DNA from: Eledone cirrhosa
Taxonomy: Eukaryota
Reading direction: 5' to 3'
NCBI GenBank assembly: GCA_964016885.1
Contig: OZ024760.1
Location: 17,298,001-17,362,000, forward strand
DNA length: 64,000 nt
Shown: positions 41,488 through 53,887 of the stretch, one piece after another
Layout: the number at the start of each line of letters is the position of its first letter
Numbering within the stretch: the stretch's first letter is position 1
Program-made: the position numbers and the translations under genes
Notes under the pieces: model-generated
The model's database searches: none
Told to the model about the DNA's origin: nothing
What the model saw: the letters and a program-made list of their open reading frames with translations, nothing else

Positions 41488-41690
41488 AATTGAGAGATCA
41501 CAGCTCCGATATCATGGGCATGTGGTTAGAATGTTTCAGGAAAGAATTACTGGACAGATTTTACGGGCAAAACCAACTGGCAGTAGACCCTGAGCAAGAT
41601 GGTTGGATAACATCCATGAGCTTGGCTAGTCTCGCTTGGGGATCCAGCCAGATCAGTTGGAGATGGTTGCTTCTGACAAGACCTGCTGGA
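41488..41690 (+). mobile_element. RTE (Rex3/Expander-like) 3' fragment
   Basis: Reads IERSQLRYHGHVVRM...RWLDNIHEL across frameshifts; related pieces at 41257-41330(+) and 20600-20803(-). Confidence 0.7.
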
Positions 41691-41944
41691 AGGAGGGTTT
41701 CAGGACTCTGTCTCCATGACCCTTTCAAGAATAAGTTGGCGAAGAAGAACAACTGGCGGGGGAGGGGGGGTCAATATATTCGACTAAATCCCTTTAAGAC
41801 AATGCCCCAGCATGACCACATTTAACAAAAAAAAAAAAAAAGGAAAGCACATAACTTCTTCATATTTTTAAAGAAAGTAATATGCAAATTATTTTATTTT
41901 TAATTAGTCTTAAAAGTATTTTGTGTGAAATTCTTTGTTGCCAG

Positions 41945-42019
41945 GATTACAGACAAGGAATCGACATTTGATGTTAAACTTCACCTGATCTATCTTATTA
42001 ATGACCTGTTGCATCACTG
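41945..42019 (+). CDS. CHERP: CHERP exon (ITDKESTFDVKLHLIYLINDLLHHC)
   Basis: ccag|G ... TG|gtgagt; phase 2/2. LHLIYLIND is the CID signature. Confidence 0.95.
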
Positions 42020-43179
42020 GTGAGTAAAAACACCTTACTTTGGTCCCTCCCTTCTTTGCTTTGCCCACCCTTCTTTGATTTGGCTCCACCTCTCTATTGC
42101 TTTGGACCCACCTCTCTATTGCTTCGAGACCCACCTCTCTATTTCTTTGGCCCTATCTCTCTATTGCTTTGGCTACACCTCCCATGACATTCTTTGCTTC
42201 ACCTCCACCTCCTTCCACCTTCTCTGTTCTTTCTGATAGTGTGTTGGTGTTGATGATGATGATGATGGGATCCAGAACCTGTTTCATGTCTTTGATGACA
42301 TTCAGCTTCAATATTTCATCATCATCATCATCATTTTCATTACTTTCATCTCCCCCTCCCCCCTCTCTCCTGATATTCGTTAATGATATTGTTGTCATCA
42401 TTGCCAGCTGTTTATGATCAAGTTTGATATTTTTCGTGATTGTGATGATGATGATGGTGATGATGGTGGTTGATATATTTGGTGTGTAGTAGTGGTGATG
42501 GTGTTGGTGGTTGTGTGGTGATGGTAATGGTGGTGGTAGTGTTGGTGGTAGTGTGATGTTGGAGGTTGTGGTGTGGTGTGTGGTGGCAACCAACACCACC
42601 ACCACCACCACTACAATCAATAACAACACCACTAGCACTAACAACAACATGACCACCACCAGCAAAACTCCGCTACCACCACTAATGCCCCAATACTATT
42701 TATAAACAACTTCAACAAATAAATGACAATGATAACGATGATAGTAAGATAATTAGATAATTAAATATTATTTTTTTCCCAATCATCTGATTTCTACTAC
42801 TACCCCCCCCCCACCCACCCCCACCTTCTATATAAACTGTCATGTCTGCTTCATCTAACTCTCTGGGTGACATATTGTTCTGGAGCAGGATGCTTGGGTT
42901 CCTGTTGCTTCTCATGATATATCTGGGGGCCCTATCGTTTAAACAACCAAATGATACAACCTTTTAAAGAGGGCCAGCTAAACCTACATAAGCATGAGCT
43001 GTAACAACAGCATGATAGGACTAGGGTCCCTATCATTAAAACAAGCAAGAAACCTCATGAGATACCACTTTGTAAGAAGCCAACTAAACCTAAATAGGGG
43101 TGAGCTGTAACATGATAGGACTAGGGACCCTATCATTAAAACAACCAAGAAACCTCCTATAAGATACAACCTTGTATGA

Positions 43180-46100
43180 GGCCAACTAAACCTACATAGG
43201 GGTGAGCTGTAACATGATAAGACTGGAGCTCCTACCAGCTAAATCTACATAGGGGTGAGCTGTAACATGATAAGACTGGAGCTCCTACCAGCTAAATCTA
43301 CATAGGGGTGAGCTGTAACAACATAGGACTGGGGCTCCTACCAGCTAAATCTACATAGGGGTGAGCTGTAACAACATAGGACTGGGGCTCCTACCAGCTA
43401 AATCTACATAGGGGTGAGCTGTAACAACATAGGACTGGGGCTCCTACCAGCTAAACCTACATAGGGGTGAGCTGTAACAACATAGGACTGGGGCTCCTAC
43501 CAGCTAAATCTACATAGGGGTGAGCTGTAACAACATAGGACTGGGACTCCTACCAGCTAAACCTACGTAGGGGTGAGCTGTAACAACATAGGACTGGGGC
43601 TCCTACCAGCTAAACCTACATAGGGGTGAGCTGTAACAACATAGGACTGGGGCTCCTACCAGCTAAACCTACGTAGGGGTGAGCTGTAACAACATAGGAC
43701 TGGGGCTCCTACCAGCTAAATCTACATAGGGGTGAGCTGTAACAACATAGGACTGGGGCTCCTACCAGCTAAACCTACATAGGGGTGAGCTGTAACAACA
43801 TAGGACTGGGGCTCCTACCAGCTAAATCTACATAGGGGTGAGCTGTAACAACATAGGACTGGGGCTCCTACCAGCTAAACCTACATAGGGGTGAGCTGTA
43901 ACAACATAGGACTGGGGCTCCTACCAGCTAAACCTACGTAGGGGTGAGCTGTAACAACATAGGACTGGGGCTCCTACCAGCTAAATCTACATAGGGGTGA
44001 GCTGTAACAACATAGGACTGGGGCTCCTACCAACTAAACCTACGTAGGGGTGAGCTGTAACAACATAGGACTGGGGCTCCTACCAACTAAACCTACGTAG
44101 GGGTGAGCTGTAACAACATAGGACTGGGGCTCCTACCAACTAAACCTACATAGGGGTGAGCTGTAACAACATAGGACTGGGGCTCCTACCAGCTAAACCT
44201 ATGTAGGGGTGAGCTGTAACAACATAGGACTGGGGCTCCTACCAACTAAACCTACGTAGGGGTGAGCTGTAACAACATAGGACTGGGGCTCCTACCAACT
44301 AAACCTACGTAGGGGTGAGCTGTAACAACATAGGACTGGGGCTCCTACCAACTAAACCTACGTAGGGGTGAGCTGTAACAACATAGGACTGGGGCTCCTA
44401 CCAACTAAACCTACGTAGGGGTGAGCTGTAACAACATAGGACTGGGGCTCCTACCAACTAAACCTACGTAGGGGTGAGCTGTAACAACATAGGACTGGGG
44501 CTCCTACCAACTAAACCTACATAGGGGTGAGCTGTAACAACATAGGACTGGGGCTCCTACCAGCTAAACCTATGTAGGGGTGAGCTGTAACAACATAGGA
44601 CTGGGGCTCCTACCAGCTAAACCTATGTAGGGGTGAGCTGTAACAACATAGGACTGGGGCTCCTACCAACTAAACCTACATAGGGGTGAGCTGTAACAAC
44701 ATAGGACTGGGGCTCCTACCAACTAAACCTACATAGGGGTGAGCTGTAACAACATAGGACTGGGGCTCCTACCAGCTAAACCTATGTAGGGGTGAGCTGT
44801 AACAACATAGGACTGGGGCTCCTACCAGCTAAACCTATGTAGGGGTGAGCTGTAACAACATAGGACTGGGGCTCCTACCAGCTAAACCTATGTAGGGGTG
44901 AGCTGTAACAACATAGGACTGGGGCTCCTACCAACTAAACCTACGTAGGGGTGAGCTGTAACAACATAGGACTGGGGCTCCTACCAACTAAACCTACATA
45001 GGGGTGAGCTGTAACAACATAGGACTGGGGCTCCTACCAACTAAACCTACGTAGGGGTGAGCTGTAACAACATAGGACTGGGGCTCCTACCAACTAAACC
45101 TACATAGGGGTGAGCTGTAACAACATAGGACTGGGGCTCCTACCAACTAAACCTACATAGGGGTGAGCTGTAACAACATAGGACTGGGGCTCCTACCAGC
45201 TAAACCTATGTAGGGGTGAGCTGTAACAACATAGGACTGGGGCTCCTACCAGCTAAACCTATGTAGGGGTGAGCTGTAACAACATAGGACTGGGGCTCCT
45301 ACCAGCTAAACCTATGTAGGGGTGAGCTGTAACAACATAGGACTGGGGCTCCTACCAGCTAAACCTACATAGGGGTGAGCTGTAACAACATAGGACTGGG
45401 GCTCCTACCAACTAAACCTACATAGGGGTGAGCTGTAACAACATAGGACTGGGGCTCCTACCAGCTAAACCTACATAGGGGTGAGCTGTAACAACATAGG
45501 ACTGGGGCTCCTACCAACTAAACCTACATAGGGGTGAGCTGTAACAACATAGGACTGGGGCTCCTACCAGCTAAACCTACATAGGGGTGAGCTGTAACAA
45601 CATAGGACTGGGGCTCCTACCAGCTAAACCTACATAGGGGTGAGCTGTAACAACATAGGACTGGGGCTCCTACCAGCTAAATCTACATAGGGGTGAGCTG
45701 TAACAATATAGGACTGGGGCTCCTACCAGCTAAACCTACATAGGGGTGAGCTGTAACAACATAGGACTGGGGCTCCTACCAGCTAAACCTACATAGGGGT
45801 GAGCTGTAACAACATAGGACTGGGGCTCCTACCAGCTAAACCTACATAGGGGTGAGCTGTAACAACATAGGACTGGGGCTCCTACCAGCTAAACCTACAT
45901 AGGGGTGAGCTGTAACAACATAGGACTGGGGCTCCTACCAGCTAAACCTACATAGGGGTGAGCTGTAACAACATAGGACTGGGGCTCCTACCAGCTAAAT
46001 CTACATAGGGGTGAGCTGTAACAATATAGGACTGGGGCTCCTACCAGCTAAACCTACATAGGGGTGAGCTGTAACAACATAGGACTGGGGCTCCTACCAG

Positions 46101-49100
46101 CTAAACATGCATAGGGGTGAGCTGTAACAACATAGGACTGGGGCTCCTACCAGCTAAACCTATGTAGGGGTGAGCTGTAACAACATAGGACTGGGGCTCC
46201 TACCAACTAAACCTACGTAGGGGTGAGCTGTAACAACATAGGACTGGGGCTCCTACCAACTAAACCTACATAGGGGTGAGCTGTAACAACATAGGACTGA
46301 GGCCCCTACCAGCTAAACCTACATAGGGGTGAGCTGTAACAACATAGGACTGGGACTCCTACCAGCTAAATCTACATAGGGGTGAGCTGTAACAATATAG
46401 GACTGGGGCTCCTACCAACTAAACCTACATAGGGGTGAGCTGTAACAATATAGGACTGGGACTCCTACCAACTAAATCTACATAGGGGTGAGCTGTAACA
46501 ACATAGGACTGGGGCTCCTACCAGCTAAATCTACATAGGGGTGAGCTGTAACAACATAGGACTGGGGCTCCTACCAGCTAAACCTACATAGGGGTGAGCT
46601 GTAACAACATAGGACTGGGGCTCCTACCAGCTAAACCTACATAGGGGTGAGCTGTAACAACATAGGACTGGGACTCCTACCAGCTAAACCTACATAGGGG
46701 TGAGCTGTAACAATATAGGACTGGGGCTCCTACCAACTAAACCTACATAGGGGTGAGCTGTAACAACATAGGACTGGGACTCCTACCAGCTAAACCTACA
46801 TAGGGGTGAGCTGTAACAACATAGGACTGGGGCTCCTACCAACTAAACCTACATAGGGGTGAGCTGTAACAATATAGGACTGGGGCTCCTACCAACTAAA
46901 CCTACATAGGGGTGAGCTGTAACAACATAGGACTGGGGCTCCTACCAGCTAAACCTACATAGGGGTGAGCTGTAACAACATAGGACTGGGGCTCCTACCA
47001 GCTAAACCTACGTAGGGGTGAGCTGTAACAACATAGGACTGGGGCTCCTACCAACTAAATCTACATAGGGGTGAGCTGTAACAACATAGGACTGGGGCTC
47101 CTACCAACTAAATCTACATAGGGGTGAGCTGTAACAACATAGGACTGGGGCTCCTACCAGCTAAACCTACATAGGGGTGAGCTGTAACAACATAGGACTG
47201 GGGCTCCTACCAGCTAAACCTACATAGGGGTGAGCTGTAACAACATAGGACTGGGGCTCCTACCAACTAAATCTACATAGGGGTGAGCTGTAACAACATA
47301 GGACTGGGGCTCCTACCAACTAAACCTATGTAGGGGTGAGCTGTAACAACATAGGACTGGGGCTCCTACCAGCTAAACCTATGTAGGGGTGAGCTGTAAC
47401 AACATAGGACTGGGGCTCCTACCAACTAAACCTACGTAGGGGTGAGCTGTAACAACATAGGACTGGGGCTCCTACCAGCTAAACCTACATAGGGGTGAGC
47501 TGTAACAACATAGGACTGGGGCTCCTACCAACTAAACCTACATAGGGGTGAGCTGTAACAACATAGGACTGGGGCTCCTACCAACTAAATCTACATAGGG
47601 GTGAGCTGTAACAACATAGGACTGGGGCTCCTACCAACTAAATCTACATAGGGGTGAGCTGTAACAACATAGGACTGGGGCTCCTACCAGCTAAACCTAC
47701 ATAGGGGTGAGCTGTAACAACATAGGACTGGGGCTCCTACCAACTAAACCTACGTAGGGGTGAGCTGTAACAACATAGGACTGGGGCTCCTACCAGCTAA
47801 ACCTACATAGGGGTGAGCTGTAACAACATAGGACTGGGGCTCCTACCAGCTAAACCTACATAGGGGTGAGCTGTAACAATATAGGACTGGGGCTCCTACC
47901 AACTAAACCTACGTAGGGGTGAGCTGTAACAATATAGGACTGGGGCTCCTACCAACTAAACCTACGTAGGGGTGAGCTGTAACAACATAGGACTGGGGCT
48001 CCTACCAACTAAACCTACATAGGGGTGAGCTGTAACAACATAGGACTGGGGCTCCTACCAACTAAATCTACATAGGGGTGAGCTGTAACAACATAGGACT
48101 GGGGCTCCTACCAACTAAATCTACATAGGGGTGAGCTGTAACAACATAGGACTGGGGCTCCTACCAGCTAAACCTACATAGGGGTGAGCTGTAACAACAT
48201 AGGACTGGGGCTCCTACCAGCTAAACCTACATAGGGGTGAGCTGTAACAACATAGGACTGGGGCTCCTACCAACTAAATCTACATAGGGGTGAGCTGTAA
48301 CAACATAGGACTGGGGCTCCTACCAGCTAAACCTATGTAGGGGTGAGCTGTAACAACATAGGACTGGGGCTCCTACCAGCTAAACCTATGTAGGGGTGAG
48401 CTGTAACAACATAGGACTGGGGCTCCTACCAGCTAAACCTATGTAGGGGTGAGCTGTAACAACATAGGACTGGGGCTCCTACCAACTAAACCTACGTAGG
48501 GGTGAGCTGTAACAACATAGGACTGGGGCTCCTACCAGCTAAACCTACATAGGGGTGAGCTGTAACAACATAGGACTGGGGCTCCTACCAACTAAATCTA
48601 CATAGGGGTGAGCTGTAACAACATAGGACTGGGGCTCCTACCAGCTAAACCTATGTAGGGGTGAGCTGTAACAACATAGGACTGGGGCTCCTACCAGCTA
48701 AACCTACATAGGGGTGAGCTGTAACAACATAGGACTGGGGCTCCTACCAGCTAAACCTATGTAGGGGTGAGCTGTAACAACATAGGACTGGGGCTCCTAC
48801 CAACTAAACCTACATAGGGGTGAGCTGTAACAACATAGGACTGGGGCTCCTACCAGCTAAACCTATGTAGGGGTGAGCTGTAACAACATAGGACTGGGGC
48901 TCCTACCAACTAAACCTACATAGGGGTGAGCTGTAACAACATAGGACTGGGGCTCCTACCAACTAAATCTACATAGGGGTGAGCTGTAACAACATAGGAC
49001 TGGGGCTCCTACCAGCTAAACCTACATAGGGGTGAGCTGTAACAACATAGGACTGGGGCTCCTACCAACTAAATCTACATAGGGGTGAGCTGTAACAACA

Positions 49101-50172
49101 TAGGACTGGGGCTCCTACCAGCTAAACCTATGTAGGGGTGAGCTGTAACAACATAGGACTGGGGCTCCTACCAGCTAAACCTACATAGGGGTGAGCTGTA
49201 ACAACATGATGGGACTGGGGCTCCTACCAGCTAAACCTACATAGGGGTGAGCTGTAACAACATAGGACTGGGGCCCCTACCAGCTAAACCTACATAGGGG
49301 TGAGCTGTAACAACATAGGACTGGGGCTCCTACCAGCTAAACCTATGTAGGGGTGAGCTGTAACAACATAGGACTGGGGCCCCTACCAGCTAAACCTACA
49401 TAGGGGTGAGCTGTAACAACATAGGACTGGGGCTCCTACCAGCTAAACCTATGTAGGGGTGAGCTGTAACAACATAGGACTGGGGCTCCTACCAGCTAAA
49501 CCTACATAGGGGTGAGCTGTAACAACATAGGACTGGGGCTCCTACCAGCTAAACCTATGTAGGGGTGAGCTGTAACAACATAGGACTGGGGCCCCTACCA
49601 GCTAAACCTACATAGGGGTGAGCTGTAACAACATAGGACTGGGGCTCCTACCAGCTAAACCTATGTAGGGGTGAGCTGTAACAACATAGGACTGGGGCCC
49701 CTACCAGCTAAACCTACATAGGGGTGAGCTGTAACAACATAGGACTGGGGCTCCTACCAGCTAAACCTATGTAGGGGTGAGCTGTAACAACATAGGACTG
49801 GGGCCCCTACCAGCTAAACCTACATAGGGGTGAGCTGTAACAACATAGGACTGGGGCTCCTACCAACTAAATCTACATAGGGGTGAGCTGTAACAACATA
49901 GGACTGGGGCTCCTACCAACTAAACCTACATAGGGGTGAGCTGTAACAACATAGGACTGGGGCTCCTACCAGCTAAACCTATGTAGGGGTGAGCTGTAAC
50001 AACATAGGACTGGGGCTCCTACCAGCTAAACCTATGTAGGGGTGAGCTGTAACAACATAGGACTGGGGCCCCTACCAGCTAAACCTACATAGGGGTGAGC
50101 TGTAACAACATAGGACTGGGGCTCCTACCAGCTAAACCTACATAGGGGTGAGCTGTAACAACATGATGGGAC
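43180..50172. repeat. 53-bp tandem satellite, about 130 copies, intronic
   Basis: Unit CCAGCTAAACCTACATAGGGGTGAGCTGTAACAACATAGGACTGGGGCTCCTA; period measured from 43341 to 43394. Confidence 0.98.
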
Positions 50173-51131
50173 TGTGGTTGTTGATGATGTTGATGATGAT
50201 GGTGATGGTGGTGTTGTTGATAATAATAACAATAGCAACATTAACAAACAAATGAGATAAACAAATTGAACAAAATTGTCAAGAAAACTTTGACAATTAT
50301 AAGGTGATATAGAGTGGACCAATCAGCTTTAACCATCATTGTCATCACCATCATCATCATCATTGCCACTGATATCACCATCACCATCGCTATTGACAGC
50401 ACCCCCACCGATACCACCTTCATCATTATCATCACCACCACCACCATCATCACCATCATGACCATCACCACTATCATCATTATCATAACCCTCACCACCA
50501 TCATCATCATCACTATTGACAGCACCACTGCTGGTACCACCACCACCACCACCACCACCACCACCACCACCACCACCATCATCATGACCATCACCACTAT
50601 CATCATTATCATAACCCTCACCACCATCATCATCATCACTATTGACAGCACCACTGCTGGTACCACCATCATCATGACCATCACCACTATCATCATTATC
50701 ATACCCCTCACCACCATCATCACTATTGACAACACCACTGCTGGTACCACCACCATCATCATCACCATCTATGTTACCACCACACACACACACGTGTATC
50801 ACACAAGGACAAACAACAGACAAATGTCTCCTCCTTTTATCAAAATATCTCACTCATGTCTCTGTCCTTTGGACTGGATTGTTCTTCCTGCATGTGTGTT
50901 TCTGTGTGTATGTATATATATATATACATGTATATATATATAAAGATATGTATATATATATATATATATGTGTGTATATGTATATATTCTGCAGAAAATG
51001 CACACACAAAAACAATTACAGACAACTGCCTATCTTTCTAATCAGCCAACTGTACACGTAAGTGTGTGTGGTATAAAGACATTTTTTCCAATTCCAACCC
51101 GCCCGTCCCCTTAATCTATTTTATTTCTCAT

Positions 51132-51168
51132 TCTTTCTGATGAAGGACTAGCGTCCGAAACGTTAAGA
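51132..51168 (+). ncRNA. Very short hammerhead motif in a about 180-bp dispersed element (51075-51255; degenerate copy 37385-37570)
   Basis: UCUUU CUGAUGA A GGAC-UAGC-GUCC GAAA CG UU AAGA; self-complementary AACGUU in place of stem III. Confidence 0.7.
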
Positions 51169-51289
51169 CCCTCTTCCTGCTATATCAAGCGTTAACCTAA
51201 TATATACCTTCCATATACTGTACCGATTGTGTTGTTATTTCTGTTTACCTTTTACATACACACATGTATATATATATATATATATATAT

Positions 51290-51631
51290 ATCATCATCAT
51301 CATTTCATTTTACGTCTGCTTTTTCCCTGCTTGCAAGGGTGGGACGGGAACTGATTCTGGCTTGATTTCTACAGCTGGATGCCCTTCCTAACACCAATCT
51401 CATTTACAGTGAGTGCTGGGTGCTTTTTTGCCGTGGCACCTCCACGACCACTTTGCAGTGGAATGATAAGGACCCCAGTCCCTATCATCTCATTTCTACA
51501 GCTGAGTAAACTGGAGCAATGTGAAATAAAGTGTCTTGCTCAAGGAAACAACACATCACCCGGTCTGAGAATTGAACTCACAACCTTTCGATTGCAAGGC
51601 CAATGCTCTAACCACTAAGCCATGTGCCTCC
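51290..51631 (-). mobile_element. CORE-like SINE, near-identical to 39506-39842
   Basis: Only a few substitutions relative to 39506-39842. Confidence 0.85.
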
Positions 51632-51664
<33 letters not shown>

Positions 51665-51670
51665 TACACA

Positions 51671-51888
51671 TGAGGCAGTGCAGAAAAGTTCTTGGCTTTG
51701 GGTAAAAGAAAATACAGGGGGATCAGTTAATTATGATTTTATTCAACATATTCCCCTCTCAGATTCACACACTTATTGCAGCGGTCCTTCAGTTTTTCTA
51801 AGTCATGTAAAAAAGAACTTGGAAGGTTGGGCTTCCAACTAGGCCTTTTAAATACCCTTAAAGCCAGGAACTTTTCAGCAACCCCTCT
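51671..51888 (-). mobile_element. Internally deleted mariner derivative
   Basis: TIRs GAGG..TGC.GAAAAGTTC.TGGCTTT at both ends. Minus strand retains a mariner-type C-terminus, KLKDRCNKCVNLRGEYVE*. Confidence 0.8.
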
Positions 51889-52000
51889 TATGTGTGTGTA
51901 TATATATATATATATACACATACACCATATATATATAAACGAATACACACCATATATATATATATATACATAAACGAACACACACACCATATATATATAT

Positions 52001-52037
<37 letters not shown>

Positions 52038-52521
52038 GGTTTAGCGTCCGTGTTCCACGCTTGCATGGGTTTGGACGGGAGTTTTCCCACTTGAGGCAAG
52101 AGTGGTTGTCTTGCTCGCATAGGACTGTCTGGCGGGTTTTCTACAGTTGGATGCCCTTCCTAACACCAACCACATTTACAGTGTGGGGCTGGGAGGTTTT
52201 TACCGTGTTGCCTACACGGCCACATTACAGCGTGGACTGTCTGGCGGGTTTTCTACAGCTGGATGCCCTTCCTAACACCAACCACATTTACAGTGTGGGG
52301 CTGGGAGGTTTTTACCGTGTTGCCTACACGGCCAGATTTACAGCGTGGACTGTGTGTTTTTTGTCGTGACACCTACACGATCTCATTTGTTTCGGCCTGG
52401 ATGTTGTGGGACCAACATAACTTTACATTGAAAGGGGCGGTGTGGGTGGGGTGGAGGTGGTGGGACGGGGGTGTGTTTTGATAGAGATGCCTACTGACTG
52501 TAGTAGGTTTTTACTTTGTAT

Positions 52522-52850
52522 TTAGGTAAGGCGGGTCTTCTCTATTACTGAGTACCGCCAAAGGTCTCGGTCCAGTGACATTGTCTTGGAGAGGTGTAAG
52601 CGTGTGAGGTCGGAATTTATCAGCTCGTCCCATGTTTTTCTAGGTCTGCCTACTCCGTGGCTACCGTCTATCTTTATTGCCCTGCACTTTGTTATACAGC
52701 TGTCGTCTTTCATGCGCATCACGTGACCGTACCAACGTAGCCTTCTCTCGAGTAAACAACATCTGATCCCTCTTATTTCTAATTTTTTCCTTAGTTCGTT
52801 TATGCTTTGCCGTTCACGTATATTACTATTGCACATCCAGCGGAGCATGC
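52522..52850 (-). mobile_element. RTE-clade LINE 3' fragment
   Basis: MLRWMC...RRLRWYGHVMRM...GRPRKTW, typical of the RTE ORF C-terminus. Confidence 0.9.
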
Positions 52851-53223
52851 AAGCTTCGTTCCTCTCTAGTCTCTCTAGCCTCTCTTATATATATATATAT
52901 ATATATAAAATAATTAAAAAATACAGTCCACGCTGTAATGTGGCCGTGTAGGTAAAACGGTAAAAAGCTCCCAGTCCACACTGTAAATGTGGTTGGTGTT
53001 AGGAAGGGCATCCAGCCGTAGAAAACCTGCCAGACAGTCCTATACAAGCGAGACACGGTCACCTGACCAGTCTTACATCAAATGGAACAATTCCCGTCTA
53101 ACCCATGCTAGCATGAAAGGTAGGCGTTAAATGATGATGGTGATATATATATGCTTGGTGGTCACCGATCTGTCCAGCTCATTGTCTACCAGCATATCAT
53201 GAAAAAAGTATACATTTCCTATG

Positions 53224-53298
53224 TATTTTGTCTGAAGAGGACATGTTTTGCTTCATGTTATACATAAAACTTTACATCTTCGAAATATATATAATAAG
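53224..53298 (+). ncRNA. Hammerhead motif
   Basis: UUUGU CUGAAGA GGACAUGU...ACAUCUUC GAAA UAUAUA UA AUAAG. Confidence 0.65.
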
Positions 53299-53337
53299 TT
53301 ATAAAGTATTTATCTTTCATTTATTATTATTATTATA

Positions 53338-53525
53338 TGGTGGATTGGCAGTATCGGTAGAGGGTCGGACGCCATGCTTTGCAGCATAGAGTTGCCGCCC
53401 TTTATGATCTGAGTTCAAATCCCGCCGAGGTTAACTTTGCCTTTCATCCTTACGGGGTCGATAAAATAAAGTACCAGTAATACACTGAGATAATTGCTGG
53501 CCTTGTGCCAAAAATAGAAACAATT
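53338..53525 (+). mobile_element. Meta/MESC-like SINE, well-preserved copy
   Basis: A and B boxes, central domain and AAACAATTATA tail all intact. Confidence 0.85.
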
Positions 53526-53587
53526 ATATATATATATATATATATGTAATCCATGTGCAACCATGCAGTATTCTTCTTCCCCTTGTT

Positions 53588-53629
<42 letters not shown>

Positions 53630-53634
<5 letters not shown>

Positions 53635-53745
53635 AACCAGTAAGACCCCGATGGCTGAGCTCAAGCCGTTTCGACGGCTAATTCTGGACAGAATTAGCCG
53701 TCGAAACGGCTTGAGCTCAGCCGTCGGGGTCTTACTGGTTCCTAT
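53630..53745. repeat. 116-bp near-perfect palindrome
   Basis: 56-bp arms with one mismatch around a GGAC loop (53686-53689). Confidence 0.95.
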
Positions 53746-53820
53746 TACCCACTCTACTACCCCAAGTATTGAGTACTTTGGTGCGTTATGGTCCACCTGG
53801 TTCCTTACCACATTTCCTTC

Positions 53821-53887
<67 letters not shown>

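Noticed and set aside
43180-50172. CRISPR-like array
   Set aside because: Units are contiguous with no unique spacers, there are no cas genes, and the context is a eukaryotic intron.
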